A program made the translations under genes and the position numbers. This document shows positions 7,501 through 12,593 of a DNA stretch of 12,593 bases, in pieces (the first letter of the stretch is position 1; every line of letters starts with the position of its first letter). The DNA is taken from positions 1 through 12,593 of the forward strand of contig JBBQSO010000123.1 of assembly GCA_038213805.1 (NCBI GenBank), read 5' to 3'. The DNA is from Planctomycetota bacterium. Its GTDB lineage: Bacteria; Planctomycetota; UBA11346. The notes under the pieces are model-generated. The model was given only the letters and a program-made list of their open reading frames with translations. It ran no database searches and was not told the DNA's origin.

Positions 7501-10070
7501 GGCGTGCTCAGGGTGCGCTCGGAGATGACGGCGCCGCTGCCGTCGCGCACGGTCTCATGGATGATGGTGGGGACGCTCGCATGCGCGAGTTCGGGCGGCA
7601 CCGAGAAGGTGATGTCCGACCACTTCCAGATCCACGGCGGCGAGTCGATGAAGGGACCGAGACGGTCGTACCACACGACTGCATAGTGGACCGTGCAGGA
7701 CTCCATCTCCCGCCCGGGACCGAGATTCCGCACTTGGACCACATCGGCCGACCCAACCGTTGGCAGGATGTCATCCGGCGCTGCACCATCGACTCCAGGA
7801 GTCCCGGCGGTGCGCGACACCGTGTTGCGCAGGCCGAAGCGGTAGAGCGTGGGGTCGTCGGCCTTCTGCGGGTCGAGCGGCGTGATGAAGCCGTTGGCGT
7901 AGTAGGTCTTGAAGCCGCGCCAGGTGAGCTTCCAGTGGTCGAACGGCCGGAAATTCTGCCCGACGCTCAGCACCAGGTCTTCGTCCGCTATCACCTTGCC
8001 GGCGTCATTGCGCCGCGGCTTCTTAATTCCGACCAGAGCGACGCTGTAGGTCGGGGTGGGGAAACCGCCCAGCTCGCTCGCGCCGCCGCCCATCTCGTAC
8101 CACAGCACCTTCATCTTCTTGTAGCCGCCATCGAAGGGATCGTCGGTATAGAAGCGGTCGAGGTCGCCGTCGTCGTCGAAGTCATAGAAAGGATGGCCGG
8201 CGCTGCAGCCGACCGGCAACGGCGAGGCGGGGTTGTCGCCATCGCCCGGCACCGGGTCGCCGGCCTTGTCGGGAATGGTGACGCCGGTGCGCGCGCCGTA
8301 CGTGGCAACCATCGCCGCATCGACGAAGTCGATCGGCAGCATCAAGGCGCCATGGTGGTGCGCGTGGGCCCGGCTCTGCCAGGTGGTGTGCTCCAGGTTG
8401 GGTGCCATCAACTTATTCACTACATCGCCCTTGGAGTAGTACTCGTCCGGCTTACCGGCGATACGCGCCTCGGCCACGGTGCCACTGGCATCCAGGACGA
8501 TCGGTTTCCGCTGCGGCTCGATGGGATTGGCACTGTCGTCGTAGGTGGTGGCAACCTGTTTGTTGAGCGCATCGTCGGAGGCGTCGAGGAGGTCGTTCGG
8601 ATCAAGCGTCGACGTATTCGGCGTACCGTCGGCGCGGGTCCCGTAGTCGAGCGTGGCGCTGGGCTGGGCGCCGGAGGTGAGCGCTGCCTGCATGTCCTGC
8701 TGCTGCTTGCGCATCTGCAGGTCTGCCCCGGCTTGCGCTTCGCGCTGGTCGAGGCCGCTCGCACCAGTGCCGGTGACCTTGGTGGCGATGCGGTCCTTGC
8801 CGTCCGCGGTCGGGGCGTTGTCGGCCGATGAGGTGCCGGCGCGCCGCGCCTTGACCTGCTCCATGACGTCGACCGTGCTCTGCGCGTGGCCGCCGTCGGG
8901 CTGGAAGAACTGCACGTCCTTGCCGGTACGATTGCCGTCGTGGTCGACCTCGGGTACCGCGCCGCGTTCGTGTTCGGTATGCAGGATGGGGCGGTGGGTG
9001 CTGACCGACGGCGGCAGTTCGCTCTGCTTGGCCTGCTGGTAGAGGTTCACCGGACCACCTTCCGCGCCGGCCCTGGGCGGCAGGGCGAGCGGTGGCGTCG
9101 GTGAGCCATCAGGCATGGTCGCGGGGAAGGATGCGCTCGTGAGCTGGTCGTCCGGGAGACCCTCGGTGGTCATCGCGTCCGCCATCGCGAAGCTGCCCTG
9201 ATAGGTCGCGCTGCCGATGGTGAAGGTGCAGCGCGCCCGCCCGTCGCCGGTCTGGTGGTAGTGGCCGCCCAGGACCAGTGCGCGGTTGTACTGCACCGGA
9301 TCGTACGCGGAAGGATCGTCGAGGGTGATGGCATGCTGCAGGACGTAGCGGTACCCGCGTGTGACGTCGTCGATGACCTGGACGTAGGCGCCCTGGTAAT
9401 AGCTGAGGGGTACTGACCGGGCCGCGGCGAGCAGGGCGACGCGCGCCCCTCCCGCGGACAGTGCGCTGGCATCGAGGGTGCCGCGCTGGTAGCAGGTCGG
9501 CGATGACCACGAGAAGGTCTGGGCATCGCTCGCGGTCGGCATCAGGTAGCCGTCGCTGAGGGTCGCGGAGCGCACCGTAGCGCCGCTGATGGCATAGACG
9601 TAAACCGGATTGGCACCGGCGGTCAGCGGCGCATAGGTGGCGGGGGTGGCGGCGTCGAGGATCACCGCGGTGACGCCGGACCCGCTGCTGGTACCGGCAC
9701 CGGTGATGCGCTTCGCCGCATAGCTGACGATCGTCCACCCTGTCGGGGTGCGCACCGCGTCCGGCACGAGCCGCGCGCGATAGAGGGCATTGGTGCCGAG
9801 CGCCGCACTCAGCGCAGCCGCTTGGGCATCCGGCACTGCCACATGCGCTTGGCCGAGGATCAGGGTGCGGAACAGGTCGGGCTGGTTGGTCGCGAACCAG
9901 CCCGACGCGGCCGCGGGCAGGTCGCCCGGTGCGATGCTGCCGTAAACCGGTACGAGCACCTCGGCCCCGTAGGAGACCACGCCGAGGAGGCCCCAGACCG
10001 CGACGCAGCGCATGGATCGCATGGAAACTCCAGGTGGCCGGGTGCGGCGGACGCCGCGCCGGGCGGTCAT
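4587..10070 (-). CDS. Giant exported hypothetical protein (1827 aa; 1811 aa from alternative start 10022), candidate surface or mating-pair adhesin
   Basis: Uninterrupted 5.5-kb ORF with normal GC3-rich codon usage, coupled to both neighbours (ATGA overlap at 10070-10067; 1-nt gap to traU). The alternative ATG at 10022 has GGAG 5 nt upstream and gives a signal peptide MRSMRCVAVWGLLGVVSYGA. No family was recognised; confidence refers to it being a real CDS. Confidence 0.88.
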   Translation of the reverse strand: MTARRGVRRTRPPGVSMRSMRCVAVWGLLGVVSYGAEVLVPVYGSIAPGDLPAAASGWFATNQPDLFRTLILGQAHVAVPDAQAAALSAALGTNALYRARLVPDAVRTPTGWTIVSYAAKRITGAGTSSGSGVTAVILDAATPATYAPLTAGANPVYVYAISGATVRSATLSDGYLMPTASDAQTFSWSSPTCYQRGTLDASALSAGGARVALLAAARSVPLSYYQGAYVQVIDDVTRGYRYVLQHAITLDDPSAYDPVQYNRALVLGGHYHQTGDGRARCTFTIGSATYQGSFAMADAMTTEGLPDDQLTSASFPATMPDGSPTPPLALPPRAGAEGGPVNLYQQAKQSELPPSVSTHRPILHTEHERGAVPEVDHDGNRTGKDVQFFQPDGGHAQSTVDVMEQVKARRAGTSSADNAPTADGKDRIATKVTGTGASGLDQREAQAGADLQMRKQQQDMQAALTSGAQPSATLDYGTRADGTPNTSTLDPNDLLDASDDALNKQVATTYDDSANPIEPQRKPIVLDASGTVAEARIAGKPDEYYSKGDVVNKLMAPNLEHTTWQSRAHAHHHGALMLPIDFVDAAMVATYGARTGVTIPDKAGDPVPGDGDNPASPLPVGCSAGHPFYDFDDDGDLDRFYTDDPFDGGYKKMKVLWYEMGGGASELGGFPTPTYSVALVGIKKPRRNDAGKVIADEDLVLSVGQNFRPFDHWKLTWRGFKTYYANGFITPLDPQKADDPTLYRFGLRNTVSRTAGTPGVDGAAPDDILPTVGSADVVQVRNLGPGREMESCTVHYAVVWYDRLGPFIDSPPWIWKWSDITFSVPPELAHASVPTIIHETVRDGSGAVISERTLSTPVAVDDGDGSEHPFDLSLIPMETPAIPGPPVADTYMWDYPTVKSTAEGGTGTADPQSYVFPWNLAWRGKSDLIAKFFNLAKQKTDQAFRLNSADMGRFPGYADLKPKITHAGLVNDASGTVMVEWLLRENTAANPPGPAAAWVDGTVLYTAPGWLSPMPWIDPGRATFHVAPWDGRTDIYGPGRGIGNVRIPSGQRLFDVVGGFTEYLFRGKKIRPKTVAEQIALLRRMWNYDFTGRELPAANETCLYSVCIPQRFNNWNLASPALNTATVAPGSARVERSESGGGLTGPLLASLASPEQANERTRQATERRARLMKEQIFLFSAARGREWELDMARRMPHSVRLICLEYDDKEAIKAVLGKEGGNVYFPETRSLTLTDPTGGRHDIESSNEEDIIKEICLQWLDHKEPYIGMNGQDTMGVNGDFGQKSFGENRIATVKPDTLGDFDGIPVRIDGSMPAGLAAYACTLRSWPMNDSRQWAPDAAQPFASSMTIQFRHPMLVLYHDRASSVYIHYGRNADPKDVFTEGWDQCAPPPGALDISSGEFARRQRFETYLRSTDVAASAARIEHIYDLLHPAGYADLLASNVTLPEAPPEPGIEPATPTFVDWPGNTPHAPAASLQNWDGYGTGPTFTPLIALPTPALLAGYSTAWALWRDLSGYDGLEPQAQYAKYLDTVTVHYDTAVTGWLRVRMSGQGGGGTASLPAVWTPDDVDALYPMGIPGTNASSYLFGQVPAAVTFPASVNFDAITFSDLASGATVAGQYWPSSAGISVPSGELRALASNDPNDEGRIHPRDAAGHDVSWASIAHPMTIPYYQALALKPQVDWYQAIFTQRSTAITQFASDTKDYQDRLASWQKAAADYKAYEIATAEFPAKHAAWASAKALWDGWASQNADLLRLVAKGQVYREDRGAWVALVVSAASESGVSWPGDEAVALTTPEQFAILSPRMPVWDAYLWFIDPANAVPEASGD

Positions 10071-10879
10071 TGTTCGAGCCCCTGCCGGACCTCCATGGTC
10101 TCGGCGGCGAAGCGGATGCGGGCGGGATAGGTGGTGACGCCGTAGAAGACGCTGAAATCGTCGGTCGCGACCGGATGGATGAGCACGCCGGGATGGGCGC
10201 GCCAGAAGCGGTCGCGATCATCGCCGGAGCGCCAGCCGGTGCAGAAGGCGAAGGTCAGGCGTTCGCCGGTGGCGCCTTCGGCGATCACCCACGCGCGCTG
10301 CGCCGGGTCGCGATCGTCGAAGACCAGCACCTGGGTCGAGGTGCGGATGTCCATGGGCAGGCCCCAGGCCCACACCGGCAGGGGGACCTCGTCGACCACC
10401 GCCTGCGTCGCGCGTGGGAAACCTGTCGGCTGCTCGCGTTTCTGATAGTCCTGGTGCCAGGCGGCGAGGCCGCTGCGCACCAACTCAGCCTCCTTCTGTT
10501 CGCCGAGGCGGGCGATCTGGACCAGACGTCCGGTCACCTCCGGAGAATGCAGGAAGCGGTTGATGCTCTCCTGCTCTTCTGCGATTAGTTCGGCGTCGCA
10601 GCGCTTGGCGCCGCCGGCCGCGCCCCAATCGACCCAGAGCACGGCGCGGTCACCCAGGATTTCATCGCTGACCGCGCGCGGGCTGTCCGGCACGGGGTAT
10701 TCGAGGGCCGCCAGGGGGATGAGAGCGAGGGAGACGAGCAGCAGATGCGGGAAATGCCGCGCGGCAGCGACGCGCCCAGGGCTGGTGAGCGGCGACGAGG
10801 GCGCCAACGCGCTGCCGATCATGCCGGTACCGACCGCCGGGGACTCCGCTCCGAATGTGCCTCTCGCAAATGGACGCAT
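10067..10879 (-). CDS. traW: TraW-like F-type pilus assembly protein (270 aa; start uncertain)
   Basis: AAGGA RBS upstream of the ATG at 10879. A hydrophobic signal segment (LLLVSLALIPLAA) is followed by YPVPD (TraW: yPI.E.D). VLVFDDRDPAQRAWV (TraW: lfiDg.Dp.Q.aWa) and C-terminal YGVTTYPARI (TraW: fgI..vPa.v) are present. Confidence 0.65.
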   Translation of the reverse strand: MRPFARGTFGAESPAVGTGMIGSALAPSSPLTSPGRVAAARHFPHLLLVSLALIPLAALEYPVPDSPRAVSDEILGDRAVLWVDWGAAGGAKRCDAELIAEEQESINRFLHSPEVTGRLVQIARLGEQKEAELVRSGLAAWHQDYQKREQPTGFPRATQAVVDEVPLPVWAWGLPMDIRTSTQVLVFDDRDPAQRAWVIAEGATGERLTFAFCTGWRSGDDRDRFWRAHPGVLIHPVATDDFSVFYGVTTYPARIRFAAETMEVRQGLEQ

Positions 10880-11179
10880 GCCATCCTTCTACCCGCCGCG
10901 AAGTCCAGTAAACCATGGCAAGGTCGCCCGCTGGCATGCGGGGCGGCCGACGGGCAGTTGCCCAACCGCTATGCGGCGGTTTCGCACGTCCCTGACCGCT
11001 CAAGGGGCCGCTGATCGCCGGGCGGCTATCGTTCCTCGCTGCTCGCTGTGCTCGTCTGGCACCATGCGTCTCGCCGTTCGCTCGTCGCCACCGTCATATC
11101 CCGCCCTCGTCTCTCCCTGACCTTCCTCGTGTCTCGCGTCCTGCGCCTTCCGCCGCCCACCCGCAGAGAGTCTCCCGCG
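10880..11179. promoter_or_regulatory. Divergent intergenic control region between traW-like and traD
   Basis: 300-bp gap between two genes transcribed away from each other, so promoters are expected here. It contains short inverted repeats (10923-10981) and a pyrimidine-rich tract before traD. No clear sigma70 consensus was found. Confidence 0.5.
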
Positions 11180-12593
11180 ATGTTCTCCGTCGACACCCGC
11201 ATCGATCACCAGCCCGCCCGCCGCTCGCTGCGCCGCGCCGTCGTCGCGGCCTGGTGCGGCGCGGTCCTGAGCCTGGTCAGCGCGGCGCTGGTGCCGGCCT
11301 GCCTATGGCTGGCACCGCTCGGCCTGCTGGCCTTCGTCGCCTACGCACTGGTGCTCGGCCGGCGTCACCGTGCGCTGCTCGCCGAATTCGCTGAACTCGG
11401 CAAGAAGCGCGGCTTCGCCTTCGCCGCCGGCGTGGTACCGACCCGGCCCGCGCCGCGCACGACGTCTGGCGTCGCAGCGGTGGACTGGACCGCGGAATGG
11501 GTGCCCTTCGCCATGGCCAAGATCGCGGACGACTACCAGGGCGCGGCGGTCACCGCGTGGCGCAAGCAACCCGTCGGTGGCGCGGCGGCCGAGGCGCTCG
11601 CCGCCGCCCAGCTGCGCTGGCTGCGTACCCACCTGCCGGCGCGCTGGACGGTGGTCGCGGGCTGGTGGCAGCGCTGGTTCGTCGCACCCCTGCTCGAGCG
11701 CCGCCACGGTGCGCAACCGCCCACCGCTGCGCAGCGCGACGCCGCGGCCGCCGCGCTCGAGCTCGAGCTGCGCATCGGCGTGGCCATTGCCGGCCAGCCC
11801 GCGCTGTGGGCGCGCCAGCTCGGCTTTGGCGACGAGAGCGCGGCCTATGCCGAGCTCGGCCGGCGCCTCGCCACGGTCGACGAAGGCGGCCGACCGGCGC
11901 TGCCGCCCTTTCCGCGCCAAGCGATGTCGCGCCCCAGCGAGCTGTTTATCGGCCGCGGCTTCCTGTGGGACGCCGAGCACACCCAGCGCATCGAGGACCT
12001 CAAACTGCGCAATATCGCCGAGGTCACCAGCGACCCCGCCGAGCAGGGCGATCCGCGCATCTACGGCATCGGCCACCGCCAGGCCGGCGACCTGTTCATG
12101 GACGAGCCGCAGTTCAACCAGATGGCCGGCATCTTCGGCAGCACCGGCGTGGGCAAGACGCGCTACGCCGAGGCCCTGCTGGTGCAGGTGGTGCGCAGCG
12201 GCCTGCCGCTGCTGGTCATCGACCCCAAGGGCGACCAGGCGCTCACCAACCGTCTGCTTGAGGAATGCCGGCTGAACGGCCGCGGGCACCAGTTCCGCTA
12301 CTTCTGCCTGGCGGCGCCGCAGGACCAGCGCACCTGGAGCTACCTGGCGCGCTACAATCCCTGCTCGTCCTACACCGATCCCGCCGAACTCGCCGCGCGC
12401 ATCGCCGCGGTGCTGCCCTCGACCAAGGACCCGTTCTGGACCAACGTCGCCAAGTCGATGCTTGAGACCTGCATGACGCTGGTGCACTGGACGGGCTGGT
12501 ACTTGCGCTTCCTGTCCCGTGAGCCCGACGGCACCCTGCCGCCGCGCGCCTCGCGCGAGGTCCCGCGCGTGCTGCTCGCCATGCAGTGGGCGC
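11180..12593 (+). CDS. traD: Type IV coupling protein TraD/VirD4 (SXT/PFGI-type conjugative TraD), partial, runs off the window
   Basis: Translated by hand from ATG 11180 (MFSVDTRIDHQPARRSLRRAVVAAWCGAVLSLVSAALVPACLWLAPLGLLAFVAYALVLG...), with no stop up to the window end. It has two N-terminal TM helices, LFIGRGFLWDAEHTQR, GDPRIYGIG, Walker A GSTGVGKT (12137-12160) followed by RYAE, then VIDPKGD, RYNP...ELAARIAAVLP and DPFW, all typical of this T4CP family. Absent from the ORF track because it has no stop in the window. Confidence 0.9.
   Translation, partial: MFSVDTRIDHQPARRSLRRAVVAAWCGAVLSLVSAALVPACLWLAPLGLLAFVAYALVLGRRHRALLAEFAELGKKRGFAFAAGVVPTRPAPRTTSGVAAVDWTAEWVPFAMAKIADDYQGAAVTAWRKQPVGGAAAEALAAAQLRWLRTHLPARWTVVAGWWQRWFVAPLLERRHGAQPPTAAQRDAAAAALELELRIGVAIAGQPALWARQLGFGDESAAYAELGRRLATVDEGGRPALPPFPRQAMSRPSELFIGRGFLWDAEHTQRIEDLKLRNIAEVTSDPAEQGDPRIYGIGHRQAGDLFMDEPQFNQMAGIFGSTGVGKTRYAEALLVQVVRSGLPLLVIDPKGDQALTNRLLEECRLNGRGHQFRYFCLAAPQDQRTWSYLARYNPCSSYTDPAELAARIAAVLPSTKDPFWTNVAKSMLETCMTLVHWTGWYLRFLSREPDGTLPPRASREVPRVLLAMQWA

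Noticed and set aside
5661..8831. 1056-aa + strand ORF overlapping the giant gene
   Set aside because: Antisense shadow of a GC3-rich gene. It is rich in R/G/V/A/H, has a GTG start and no motifs, and lies wholly inside the coupled minus-strand CDS.
9109..10221. 370-aa minus-strand ORF
   Set aside because: Arg/Pro-rich off-frame reading that overlaps traW-like and the giant gene.
11303..12487. ORF-track calls 11303-12487 (-), 11370-12275 (+) and 11497-12261 (+)
   Set aside because: These are alternative-frame or antisense shadows of the real traD frame starting at 11180, which carries Walker A and the family motifs.
1..12593. CRISPR array, tRNA/rRNA, integrase, relaxase or att sites
   Set aside because: No regularly spaced repeats, RNA-gene signatures, or recombinase/relaxase motifs were seen. 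The HAHHH motif lies in an exported protein and has no HUH-relaxase context.

Overview
High-GC window from a conjugative element (ICE or plasmid). On the minus strand is a tightly packed operon of exported proteins that resemble a highly diverged F-type (MPF_F) type IV secretion assembly module, in the order traW-like (10879-10067), a giant ~1810-1830 aa exported protein of unknown family (10070/10022-4587), traU-like (4585-3335), trbC-like (3278-2490) and traF-like (2493-1324). A complete 1353-bp IS4-family insertion sequence (1-1353; perfect 15-bp terminal inverted repeats; DDE/YREK transposase) sits in the 3' end of the traF-like gene. Across a 300-bp spacer, a TraD-type type IV coupling protein starts on the + strand at 11180 and runs off the window; the ORF track missed it. 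The most novel part is the giant Cys-poor exported protein, which may be a non-homologous stand-in for the TraN mating-pair adhesin. It carries a Pro-rich segment and an aromatic-heptad helix flanking a ~230-aa domain. All family calls come from motif recognition by eye, not from database searches.
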